DNA of 64,000 nt from an uncultured Bacilli bacterium (GTDB lineage Bacteria; Bacillota_I; Bacilli_A; RF39; UBA660). This document shows positions 36,684-45,703 of the stretch, piece after piece. The position numbers and the translations under genes were made by a program. Within the stretch, counting starts at the first letter, position 1. Every line of letters starts with the position of its first letter. The stretch lies in assembly GCA_947632455.1 (NCBI GenBank), contig CANRPK010000003.1, forward strand, positions 2,476-66,475, in the 5' to 3' direction. The notes under the pieces are model-generated. The model was not told the DNA's origin. It saw only the letters and a program-made list of their open reading frames with translations, and searched no databases.

Positions 36684-39284
36684 ATGTATCAAGGATTAAA
36701 GAAAACAGAAGTAGAAAAAAATCGCCGTCTTTATGGTAATAATAGTATTAGTAATGTTAAGAAAAATAGTTTTTTAAAATTACTTTTAGAATCCTTAGGC
36801 GATCCTATAATAAAAATATTGTTAGTCGCATTAACTGTAAAAGTAGTTTTTTTATTTCGTGATTTTGATTATTTTGAAACTTTAGGTATCCTAATTGCTA
36901 TTTTTTTAGCATCTTTTATCTCGACTATCTCTGAATATGGAAGTGAAGCTGCTTTTAGACGTCTACAAGAAGAATCATCCCAAATTTTAGTTAAAGTCTT
37001 AAGAGATAATAAAATAAATCAAATACCCATCGATGAAGTAGTAGTAAATGATATAGTTATCCTAAATAGTGGAGATAAAATACCCGCGGATGGTTATTTA
37101 TTAAATGGGAGTATTACTGTTGATGAATCCAGTTTAAATGGTGAGACTAAAGAAGCATCTAAATATCCTCCGCTAAATATTCATAATTTACAAGATAATA
37201 ATAAAATATATCGTGGCTCAGTCGTATATAATGGTAATGCTTATATGCAAGTAACGAAAGTAGGTAATCAAACTGTGTATGGTGCTCTAGCTCAAGAAGT
37301 CGCTGAAGCATCTCCCACATCACCCTTAAAACTACGGTTGCAAGGCTTAGCTAAATTTATTAGTCGTATTGGTTATGTTGGCGCGGCTTTAGTAACTATT
37401 TCTTATCTTTTTTCCGTAATAGTTTTAGAAAATAATTTTGATGGAGCAAAAATATTAGATACAATTACTAATTTTCGTTTAATGATGGATCATCTTATTT
37501 ATGCCCTAACTTTAAGTGTTACCATAATTGTCGTCGCTGTCCCTGAAGGTCTACCTATGATGATAACTTTGGTTTTATCTAGTAATATGAAAAAAATGCT
37601 TAAAAATAATGTTTTAGTAAGAAGATTAGTAGGCATAGAAACTGCCGGTAATATTAACGTTTTATTAACTGATAAAACCGGAACTTTAACTAAAGGCCAA
37701 TTAGAAGTAAGTGAAATTATCACAGGAGATAATCTGCATTATAAAACTTTAAATGCTATTCCTAATTCTAAATATTATGAATTATTATATAAAAATCTAT
37801 ATTATAATAATGAAAGTAAAATATCTTTTAATAAAGAAATTGTAGGCGGAAACTCTACTGATAAAGCTTGTTTAAGTTTTATAAAACCAAATCCTAATAT
37901 TAATAATAAAGTTTTAAATAAATTAGTTTTTAATAGTAAAAATAAATATAGTATGACTAAATTAGATGATAATATTACTTATTTTAAAGGTGCTCCAGAA
38001 AAGTTATTAGAATGTACAACCAAATATTTAACTAAAAATGGAGAAGAAAAATTAATACTAAATAAAAAATTACTTAATAATAATATTGAACTATTAACTA
38101 AAAGAGGTATTAGACTAATAGCGTTGTGCTATAATAGCCATAATGAAGCTTTAGAAAATCTTACTTTAATTGGCTTAGTTGCTATAAAAGATGAACTACG
38201 AAAAGAAACTAAACAAGGAGTTAATTTAATAAAAAGTGCGGGCATAAATATTATAATGATTACTGGTGATGCTAAATCTACCGCATGCGCTATAGCTAAA
38301 GAATCCGGTATTTATGAAGAAAATGATTTAGTGTTAACTAGTGAAGAATTTAATAAATTAAGTGATGATGAAGTAAAGAAAAGAATAAGTAAATTAAAAG
38401 TAATTTCTCGGGCCTTACCTCAAGATAAATCTCGTTTAGTTCGCCTTTTAGAAGAAATGGATTTAGTCGTCGGTATGACTGGCGATGGAGTAAATGACGC
38501 TCCTGCATTAAAAAAAGCAAATGTTGGTTTTGCAATGGGCTCAGGCACTGAAGTTGCTAAAGAAGCTAGTGATATTGTAATTTTAGATGATAATATTTTA
38601 TCAATAAGTAAAGCTATTTTATATGGTCGAACCATCTTTAAAAGTATTAGAAAGTTTATTATATATCAATTAACAGTCAATATGTGTGCTTTAATATTAT
38701 CTATTGTTGGTCCTTTTATAGGGATAAATACTCCCATTACTATTATTCAAATGTTGTGGCTTAATATGATTATGGATACTTTTGCTGGTTTAGCTTTTTC
38801 TTTTGAACCAGCCCTTGAAAGTTATATGCATGAACCACCCAAAACTAAAGATGAACCTATAATTAATTCTTATATGTTAGGCGAAGTATTATTTACTGGC
38901 CTTTATTCAGCCATTATTTGTATTCTTTTTCTAAAATTACCTATTATTAGAACTTTCATTAGAGTAGGGGATAATTATAAATATTTAATGACTGCTTATT
39001 TTGCTTTATTTATCTTTATGGGTGTTTTCAATTCCTTTAATGCTCGCAGTGAAAGAATAAATATCTTTGCTAATTTATCTAAAAATAAAGTATTTATATT
39101 TATTATAGCCTTTATCATTATTGTTCAAATTTATTTAATTTATTATGGTGGAGATCTATTCCGTACTTATGGTTTAATGGCTAAAGAATTTTTTATAGTT
39201 CTATTACTAGCCGCTAGTGTTTTTCCTATTGATTTTATTCGTAAAATCTACTTGCGTAAACATCATTTAAAAACTGGAGTATAA
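36684..39284 (+). CDS. P-type Ca2+-transporting ATPase (type IIA/IIB-like)
   Basis: DKTGTLT phosphorylation site, PEGLP, MITGDA, MTGDGVNDAPALKKA, about 10 TM helices. Confidence 0.9.
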   Translation: MYQGLKKTEVEKNRRLYGNNSISNVKKNSFLKLLLESLGDPIIKILLVALTVKVVFLFRDFDYFETLGILIAIFLASFISTISEYGSEAAFRRLQEESSQILVKVLRDNKINQIPIDEVVVNDIVILNSGDKIPADGYLLNGSITVDESSLNGETKEASKYPPLNIHNLQDNNKIYRGSVVYNGNAYMQVTKVGNQTVYGALAQEVAEASPTSPLKLRLQGLAKFISRIGYVGAALVTISYLFSVIVLENNFDGAKILDTITNFRLMMDHLIYALTLSVTIIVVAVPEGLPMMITLVLSSNMKKMLKNNVLVRRLVGIETAGNINVLLTDKTGTLTKGQLEVSEIITGDNLHYKTLNAIPNSKYYELLYKNLYYNNESKISFNKEIVGGNSTDKACLSFIKPNPNINNKVLNKLVFNSKNKYSMTKLDDNITYFKGAPEKLLECTTKYLTKNGEEKLILNKKLLNNNIELLTKRGIRLIALCYNSHNEALENLTLIGLVAIKDELRKETKQGVNLIKSAGINIIMITGDAKSTACAIAKESGIYEENDLVLTSEEFNKLSDDEVKKRISKLKVISRALPQDKSRLVRLLEEMDLVVGMTGDGVNDAPALKKANVGFAMGSGTEVAKEASDIVILDDNILSISKAILYGRTIFKSIRKFIIYQLTVNMCALILSIVGPFIGINTPITIIQMLWLNMIMDTFAGLAFSFEPALESYMHEPPKTKDEPIINSYMLGEVLFTGLYSAIICILFLKLPIIRTFIRVGDNYKYLMTAYFALFIFMGVFNSFNARSERINIFANLSKNKVFIFIIAFIIIVQIYLIYYGGDLFRTYGLMAKEFFIVLLLAASVFPIDFIRKIYLRKHHLKTGV

Positions 39285-39358
39285 AAAAAGTTATATGACC
39301 GACATCATTCGACAATTTTTTTACTTTTATTATGATATTATGCTAATAGGTGATTAAT

Positions 39359-39778
39359 ATGCGAACATTTTATATATTTAATATAAATAAAGAATTTTAT
39401 AATTTAATGAAAAATAATCCATATCATTTATTTAGAGCTATGGAAGATATTCATAACTTTGATAATAAAGATGTAACTTTAGCTTATGATCTATTTATGC
39501 AAATAGTAAGTCCTTTTGATAAAAGCAAAATAAATAATAAAATATTTAATGAATCTAAAGAAAATGATTTTTATACTAAATTTCATAATGTCCATCGTAT
39601 TAAAAATAAATATATTCCTGAAGATTCTATGCTTGTCGTAAATAAAGCTTTTCTTTTATTAGAAAGTAATATTTTAAAACCAACTTTCTTAAATGAATTA
39701 AAAGAATATCATAACCTTTTTGTCTGTGATTTTAAAAATAAAGATTATTTTTGGTTAAATGAATTAGTATACTTGTAA
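39359..39778 (+). CDS. sirA: Sporulation inhibitor of replication SirA-like
   Basis: The N-terminus RTFYIFNINKEF and C-terminus FVCDFKNKDYFWLNE resemble B. subtilis SirA/YneE. It is immediately upstream of yneF, as in Bacillus. Confidence 0.55.
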   Translation: MRTFYIFNINKEFYNLMKNNPYHLFRAMEDIHNFDNKDVTLAYDLFMQIVSPFDKSKINNKIFNESKENDFYTKFHNVHRIKNKYIPEDSMLVVNKAFLLLESNILKPTFLNELKEYHNLFVCDFKNKDYFWLNELVYL

Positions 39779-39824
39779 AAAATAATAGTTTATAGTAAGA
39801 TATTATTTAAAGGAGAGTGCTCTT

Positions 39825-40034
39825 ATGTGGGGAGAAATTCTTTGGTGTTTAATTGGTTTAATTGTTGGCTTATTAGTTGGCTTTTTCTTATCTAAACATT
39901 TAATGCAAAAATATTTAAAGAAAAATCCACCAATTAATGAAAAAATGGTGGAAGTTATGATGAGTAGTATGGGTAGAAAACCAAGCAAGAAACAAGTTAA
40001 TCAAGTAATGCAACAAATGAATAGATTTATGTAA
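39825..40034 (+). CDS. yneF: UPF0154 membrane protein YneF
   Basis: Single TM plus [34 protein letters not shown]. Confidence 0.8.
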   Translation: MWGEILWCLIGLIVGLLVGFFLSKHLMQKYLKKNPPINEKMVEVMMSSMGRKPSKKQVNQVMQQMNRFM

Positions 40035-40058
40035 GAAGCAAAAAATGCTTCTTTTTTT

Positions 40059-40508
40059 TTAACTTATTCTCCCAAGTAAATAATCCGCGGATATATTATA
40101 TCTTTTACATATTTCATATAAAAAAGAAGTTGAAATAAGATATCTTCCTCTCTCATAATCTGCAATAACTGAATGAGTAGTATTTAAAATATCTGCTAAT
40201 CTCTCTTGAGTAAGCTTATTATCTTTTCTAAATTTTTTTAATCTTTCTCCCAGTAATTCTTTTTTATATTGTTTTTCACTTTTTTTAAATTGTTTATTAT
40301 CAGTAAAACTAAATATATAATCTAAAGAAACATTAAAGTAATCACATAAATTAATTAAATGTTTTAAAGGCATGATAGTATATTCTGTTTCATACTGATT
40401 ATATGTTCCTTTATATATTTCTAATAAATCTGCCACTTCATATTGTTTTAAGTTTTTACTTTCTCTTAGTTCAATTAATCTTTTGCTATACATTGTATTC
40501 ACCAACAT
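40059..40508 (-). CDS. XRE-family regulator with two HTH domains (149 aa), divergent from copy 2
   Basis: Two Cro/C1 HTH units: LKQYEVADLLEIYKGTYNQYE and LTQERLADILNTTHSVIADYERG. Confidence 0.8.
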   Translation of the reverse strand: MLVNTMYSKRLIELRESKNLKQYEVADLLEIYKGTYNQYETEYTIMPLKHLINLCDYFNVSLDYIFSFTDNKQFKKSEKQYKKELLGERLKKFRKDNKLTQERLADILNTTHSVIADYERGRYLISTSFLYEICKRYNISADYLLGRIS

Positions 40509-40564
40509 AATTGTCTCATAAAAAAAATCTTAAAAATTTTTATCCTAAAATGCCGACATTTTTC

Positions 40565-40593
40565 TTGACTTTAATAATATCAAAGTATATAAT
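40565..40593 (+). promoter_or_regulatory. Promoter of paralog copy 2
   Basis: TTGACT, 17-nt spacer, TATAAT. Confidence 0.6.
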
Positions 40594-40604
40594 TTAACTA
40601 TAAG

Positions 40605-40618
40605 TTAGAAATTTCTAA
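40605..40618. promoter_or_regulatory. Palindrome TTAGAAATTTCTAA (candidate operator), second copy
   Basis: Identical to 29145-29158 and at the same distance from the -10 element. Confidence 0.5.
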
Positions 40619-40640
40619 TAATATTGAGGAAAGGAAAGAT

Positions 40641-42110
40641 ATGAAGATAGAAAAAATAGGGGAAACAAATAAATATAAATGGATAATAATAGGCTTTATC
40701 ATTTGTGCCAGTTTATTTGTTATGATAAATTACCTAATAACCAAAGCAAAATACCGAAATACAGAAAGTGTAGATTTAGTAAAAGGAACAATTACCTATA
40801 ATAAAGCAGATCTAAACATAATAGCGATGTATCAAGAAAGCAGTTATGGTACAAATGGGTATAAACAAATAGATGATGTACCAACTGAAAAATATACATT
40901 AAGTAATAAAAGTTATTGTGAAGTAGAAGGACAAAAAGTAGAAGAAGCCCAAATAACATATGAAGAAGGGTATATAAGTGTAAGTAAAATAAATAAAAGA
41001 GGAACAAAATGCTATATCTATTTTGACTTAGATTATACATCAGAAGATATGTTAGCAAAGTTAGAAGAAACAAAACAAAGTACATATGAAAAAACAACAA
41101 TGCCAAATCCAATCACAGGACCATATGATGAGCAAAAAGAAAATCCAGAACATAAAGAGAAACTATATACAACCGAAGATAATTATGGAACCAGTTATGT
41201 ATTTAGAGGAAACAATGAAGATGTAAATAACTGGGTAACATTTGCTAACCATACATGGAGGATAATCCGAATAAATGGAGATGGAACATTAAGAATGATA
41301 TTCCAATGTGCAACTCCAGGATGTACAGATACAGAAGGGTCAATAACCACAATAGGTAATAGTGCATATAAATTAGCCCCATTTGATGATAATGCATATG
41401 TCGGATATTATTACGGCGAAGCAGGACAAGACACATATGATAAAACTCACACCAATGCTTATCCGAGTAAAGTATCAGAAACCATAAAAGAGTGGTATAA
41501 CAAAAATGACAATATGACTAATTATACTAAATATTTAAGTGGAGATACAGGATGGTGTAATGATCGAGTAGTGGTTCAAAATCTTTGGGAAAGTGCTAAA
41601 GGCGATGGATCCAATAAATCCACTACAATTTATGGTCCAGCAAATAGACAAAAATTAAATAATGTTTGGAGAAAAGAACAATATGCAAATTTAAAATGTG
41701 GAACAATTTATGCTAATGATTTAAGTACTTTTTCATATAATGAGAAAGTAATGGAAAGGGATTTATTTACAACAGAAGGATCAATTCAAGGAAATGGAAA
41801 ACTCCCGGTTCCAGCCGCGTTAATCACAAGTGATGAAGCCTTGATGGTTGGAGGCTTTGGAGGAACAGCAAGCACAAATCATTGGCTATACACCAACCAA
41901 AATTATTGGACAATGTCTCCTTTTTGGTACGATGGAAATATGAATTGGGCCGTAATGTTTGCTATAAAAAGTGATGGTAGTGTTTATCATGAAAAAATAG
42001 GAATAACCAATAATGGAGTTCGCCCCGTAATTAATTTAAATGCTGATATAGAATTTAGCGGAGGAGACGGAAAATCATCTAATCCATTTATCGTAAAAAC
42101 AAACATATAA
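40641..42110 (+). CDS. Membrane-anchored paralog family protein, copy 2
   Basis: Same architecture and conserved blocks as copy 1. The 5' ~185 nt are about 94% identical to copy 1. Confidence 0.85.
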   Translation: MKIEKIGETNKYKWIIIGFIICASLFVMINYLITKAKYRNTESVDLVKGTITYNKADLNIIAMYQESSYGTNGYKQIDDVPTEKYTLSNKSYCEVEGQKVEEAQITYEEGYISVSKINKRGTKCYIYFDLDYTSEDMLAKLEETKQSTYEKTTMPNPITGPYDEQKENPEHKEKLYTTEDNYGTSYVFRGNNEDVNNWVTFANHTWRIIRINGDGTLRMIFQCATPGCTDTEGSITTIGNSAYKLAPFDDNAYVGYYYGEAGQDTYDKTHTNAYPSKVSETIKEWYNKNDNMTNYTKYLSGDTGWCNDRVVVQNLWESAKGDGSNKSTTIYGPANRQKLNNVWRKEQYANLKCGTIYANDLSTFSYNEKVMERDLFTTEGSIQGNGKLPVPAALITSDEALMVGGFGGTASTNHWLYTNQNYWTMSPFWYDGNMNWAVMFAIKSDGSVYHEKIGITNNGVRPVINLNADIEFSGGDGKSSNPFIVKTNI

Positions 42111-42114
42111 AAAA

Positions 42115-42152
42115 TTTGACTATACTGCTTTCTTATTCCAAGTATAGTCAAA
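42115..42152 (+). other. Conserved post-stop hairpin, copy 2
   Basis: Stem TTTGACTATACT/AGTATAGTCAAA with the identical loop GCTTTCTTATTCCA. A separate terminator hairpin lies at 42156-42179. Confidence 0.7.
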
Positions 42153-42177
42153 AATAATAGGCTCAATAAGCCTATTT

Positions 42178-42387
42178 TTATTTACTAGTTTCTTTTATAA
42201 ATTTAATTATTTCCGTATCGGGAATTTTTAAAATCGTAAGTAATTTAGCAATAGTTTCAAATTTAGCATATCTATAATTACCATTTTCTATTCTAAATAA
42301 ATTTCTCCATGAAATATCACATAATTCAGCTAATTCTTCTAAAGTATAATTATTTTTAATTCTATACTCCTTTAACATACATATCAC
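42178..42387 (-). CDS. XRE-family HTH regulator (69 aa), divergent from copy 3
   Basis: YTLEELAELCDISWRNLFRIENG is a Cro/C1 HTH. Confidence 0.8.
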   Translation of the reverse strand: MICMLKEYRIKNNYTLEELAELCDISWRNLFRIENGNYRYAKFETIAKLLTILKIPDTEIIKFIKETSK

Positions 42388-42389
42388 CT

Positions 42390-42405
42390 ATGACAATTAT
42401 GTCAT
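42390..42405. promoter_or_regulatory. Palindrome ATGACA-ATTA-TGTCAT (candidate operator)
   Basis: Directly upstream of the XRE start codon. Related to 42448-42461. Confidence 0.45.
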
Positions 42406-42446
42406 TAAAAAGAATATAAAAGTATGACGCAAATGGCAATTTATAT

Positions 42447-42475
42447 ATTGACATAAATGTCATAAAATATTATAA
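42447..42475 (+). promoter_or_regulatory. Promoter of copy 3 with an overlapping palindrome TGACAT-AA-ATGTCA
   Basis: TTGACA, 17-nt spacer, TATAAT. The palindrome at 42448-42461 covers the -35 element. Confidence 0.6.
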
Positions 42476-42525
42476 TTTAAGCATAAGTTAGAATTATTTA
42501 ATATAATTGAGGAAAGGGAAAAAGA

Positions 42526-44034
42526 ATGAAAATAGAAAGGTTAGATATTGATAGTAAAAGAAATAAGACAATATTTGTAGTAGGATTTATATTAGCAATA
42601 ATATTAGTAATAGTAATAAACTATATAACCAGTCTAGCAAGATATAGGAATACAGAAAGTATAGAACTAGCAAGTGGTAATATAAACTACAATAAGGCAG
42701 ATTTGAATATAATCGCTATGTATCAAGAAAAAGATGATAGTACATCTGAAGAGAAAGAATATATAAATATAAATAAGATACCCACAATAGGATATAAATT
42801 AAGTGAAGATAGTTATTGTGAAATAAATGGAGAGCCAATAGAAGAAGTAGAGATAGAATATAAAAATAGTGCAATATATGTAGGAAATATAACAGAAAAA
42901 GGAACAAAATGTTATATATATTTTGATAGTTTAGTAAAAGAAATGTTAGGTAAATTAGAAACCTCAAAGGGAAGTAAATATACCATAGATGAAATGCCAA
43001 ATCCAATCACAGGACCATATGATGAAAGTACAGAAAATCCTGAAGGAGAAGAAAAATTATATACCAGTCCAGATAATTATGGAACCAGTTATGTCTTTAG
43101 AGGAAATAATGATGACGTAAATAACTGGGTAACTTTTGCTAATCATACATGGAGAATAATCAGAATAAATGGAGATGGAACATTAAGGTTAATATTCCAA
43201 TGTGCAACTGAAAATTGTACTGATGCAATCGGTGAAAATACCCAAATAGGAAAAAGTGCTTATAAATCTAAACCGTTTGATGATAATACCTATGTAGGAT
43301 ATTATTATGGAACAGCACACACAGATGAAAAACCAAGTCCAAGTTATGAAGAAGCACATTCAAACTCTACGATAGCTAAAGCAATAAATAATTGGTACAG
43401 TGGTACAGGAGCAATGACAGATTACACCAATTATTTAGAGGGAAGCACAGGATTTTGTAATGATCGAGTAGTAGTAAAAAATGTTTTGAATACGTTTGAA
43501 GGCGATGGTGCCGCACAAAGTTCAACAGGTTATGCACCAGCCGCCAGATTAATTTCAACTAGCGTACGGAGAACAAAACAATATCCAACATTAAAGTGTG
43601 GAGTTGTAATGCCAGAAATAAGCCCATCAAATGATGTAGGATTTAATAGTTTTGATGAGATAGATACTACCGCATTAAAAAGAGACTTATTCACAGTAGA
43701 AGGTTCAGATAGAGGAAATGCAAAGCTTCCAGTGCCAGTAGGGCTTATCACTAGTGATGAAGTAGCAATGGCTGGAGGCTTTGGAAGAACAGTCTCTACT
43801 GATTACTGGTTATATACAAATCAAGATTATTGGACAATGTCTCCACGAGACTATGATGCTTCGGTTAAGTGGGCTAATGTGTTCGCTGTTCGTGAAGATG
43901 GCACCCTCAACAGTTGGAGCATTAGAGATAGTCGTAGTGGAATGCGTCCAGTCATCAACTTAAAAGCTGATATTGAATTTAGTGGAGGAGCTGGAAAATC
44001 ATCTAATCCATTTATTGTAAATACAAGTAATTAA
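42526..44034 (+). CDS. Membrane-anchored paralog family protein, copy 3
   Basis: Same conserved blocks. Tandem to copy 2. Confidence 0.85.
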   Translation: MKIERLDIDSKRNKTIFVVGFILAIILVIVINYITSLARYRNTESIELASGNINYNKADLNIIAMYQEKDDSTSEEKEYININKIPTIGYKLSEDSYCEINGEPIEEVEIEYKNSAIYVGNITEKGTKCYIYFDSLVKEMLGKLETSKGSKYTIDEMPNPITGPYDESTENPEGEEKLYTSPDNYGTSYVFRGNNDDVNNWVTFANHTWRIIRINGDGTLRLIFQCATENCTDAIGENTQIGKSAYKSKPFDDNTYVGYYYGTAHTDEKPSPSYEEAHSNSTIAKAINNWYSGTGAMTDYTNYLEGSTGFCNDRVVVKNVLNTFEGDGAAQSSTGYAPAARLISTSVRRTKQYPTLKCGVVMPEISPSNDVGFNSFDEIDTTALKRDLFTVEGSDRGNAKLPVPVGLITSDEVAMAGGFGRTVSTDYWLYTNQDYWTMSPRDYDASVKWANVFAVREDGTLNSWSIRDSRSGMRPVINLKADIEFSGGAGKSSNPFIVNTSN

Positions 44035-44079
44035 AAACATGCCTATACTGCTTTCTTATTCCAAGTATGGGCATGTTTT
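44032..44079 (+). other. Conserved post-stop hairpin, copy 3 (also terminator-like)
   Basis: 17-bp stem AAAAACATGCCTATACT/AGTATGGGCATGTTTTT (one G-T pair) with the identical loop GCTTTCTTATTCCA. Confidence 0.7.
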
Positions 44080-44207
44080 TAATATCTAATAAATACTCAT
44101 ATTTAATTATCTAATATATTTATAAAAAGAATAAAATTTATCATTTTTTCTTGATTTTGAAATATATATATGATAGACTTATTAATAGAATAAAAGGTGG
44201 TGTAAGG

Positions 44208-45149
44208 ATGGACTTCCTTAATAAATTATATGAAAGCAATTACTTCGGCATAAGTTTATTTGCCGTTATATCCTTTTTAGTTGTAACATTTTTAGTAGTG
44301 TTATTCTTTGGTAAAAGAGATGAAAAGCAAACTAAATTAAATGAAGAAAATAAAACAAATAATATAGATAATAATGAAATAGATACATTTAAGGAAATAA
44401 ATGAACCAGTTCATTTAGAAACTCCAGTTGCACCTGTAGAAGAGCCTACAATTATACCAGTAGCTCCAGCACAAACAATTAGTGAACCTGTTGAGACACC
44501 AGTTACTCCGGTTGCTCCAGTCACACCAATTAATTATGAAATTCCTGAACCAACACCAATGCCAGTTGAAGAGGAAAAAGTACCAGAGCCAATATCTTTA
44601 GAAGAAATACCAACACCTATAATTAGTGAACCAGTAATAACTCCAATCGAGACAATCGAACCAACATCATTTGCTCCAGAGCAAACAATTAGTGAACCTG
44701 TTGAAGCTTTAGATGTACCACCAATAGAAGAAAAGGTTGAAGAGTTACCAACATTTGAACCAAATATTCCAAAAGTTATGGAACCAACCAAAATTGATTT
44801 AAATCCTGTACCAGAAGTACAAGATGAACCAATAAGTGAACCAAGACCAACAATTATAGAAGAACCTGAAATTGTTGCTCCATATTATAAACCAGTTGAA
44901 CCTACTAAAATACCTGAGGTGAAAATACCAAATATTGATTATGATACTCTAGCAAAATCAATATCTGATGAATTAGATGAATTAGAAAAGCAAACACCAA
45001 CGATTAATCCTACTAAACCAACTAATGACACATCTAATTTAAGATCATTTAGTTCAGTATATGTAGATACCCCAAATAGACCAGAACCAAAAGCTGAGCC
45101 TATTGACTTACCTAAAAAAATAGATTTACCAAAAAAAATTGATAGATAA
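44208..45149 (+). CDS. Membrane-anchored Pro/Glu/Val-rich repeat protein
   Basis: ATG 44208 follows AAGGTGGTG. One TM followed by PxxP-rich repeats (QTISEPVE twice; terminal IDLPKKIDLPKKID). Confidence 0.55.
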   Translation: MDFLNKLYESNYFGISLFAVISFLVVTFLVVLFFGKRDEKQTKLNEENKTNNIDNNEIDTFKEINEPVHLETPVAPVEEPTIIPVAPAQTISEPVETPVTPVAPVTPINYEIPEPTPMPVEEEKVPEPISLEEIPTPIISEPVITPIETIEPTSFAPEQTISEPVEALDVPPIEEKVEELPTFEPNIPKVMEPTKIDLNPVPEVQDEPISEPRPTIIEEPEIVAPYYKPVEPTKIPEVKIPNIDYDTLAKSISDELDELEKQTPTINPTKPTNDTSNLRSFSSVYVDTPNRPEPKAEPIDLPKKIDLPKKIDR

Positions 45150-45314
45150 AGCTAAAAATAATAGCTTTTTTCTTTTTTATCCCTAAAATATCGTAAAAAA
45201 ATTTAAAAAATACGAAAAAATCTTGATTTTATGGGAAGTTTTTGATATGTTTAATATGTAAGGTAAATGGCCTTATAAAAACCAAAATAGTTTTTGAAAG
45301 GGAGGTATATATTA

Positions 45315-45587
45315 ATGTCAAAAACTGAACTAGTAGAATTTGTAGCTGCTGATGCTGGAATGTCTAAAGCTGAAGCTGGTCGTGCCTTAGATGCTGTATT
45401 AAAAGGTATTCAAGCAGGTTTAAAAAAAGAAGGCAAAGTAGCTTTAGTTGGATTTGGAACATTCAGTGCAAAAAAACGTCCTGCACGTGAAGGTATCAAC
45501 CCATTAACTAAAGAAGCTATCAAAATTCCTGCTAAGACTGTTGCTTCATTCAAAGCTGGAAGCAAATTAAAAGATGCTTTAAACTAA
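45315..45587 (+). CDS. hup: DNA-binding protein HU
   Basis: KTELVEFVA..., GFGTFSAKKRPAREGINPLTKEAIKIPA. The ATG follows GGGAGG. Confidence 0.95.
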   Translation: MSKTELVEFVAADAGMSKAEAGRALDAVLKGIQAGLKKEGKVALVGFGTFSAKKRPAREGINPLTKEAIKIPAKTVASFKAGSKLKDALN

Positions 45588-45608
45588 AAACTAAATAGCT
45601 TTCTAAAA

Positions 45609-45637
45609 AGATAGATACTAACAAGTATCTATTTTTC
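45609..45637 (+). terminator. Terminator after hup
   Basis: ATAGATAC-TAACAA-GTATCTAT followed by TTTT. Confidence 0.6.
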
Positions 45638-45703
45638 TTTTCTAAAGATAAAAAGTGTGTTATAATTAGCAGTATGCAAATAAAATAAAATGGAGGTAAA
45701 AAA

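Noticed and set aside
39803-39988. Minus-strand 61-aa ORF opposite yneF.
   Set aside because: The plus-strand frame matches the conserved UPF0154/YneF family, and the antisense frame is a hydrophobic mirror artefact.
41922-42014. Copy 2's A-rich segment as the DGR template repeat for copies 1, 3 and 4.
   Set aside because: It differs from the other copies at many non-adenine positions and by one codon in length from copies 1 and 4. It is also inside a coding gene with its own conserved flanks.
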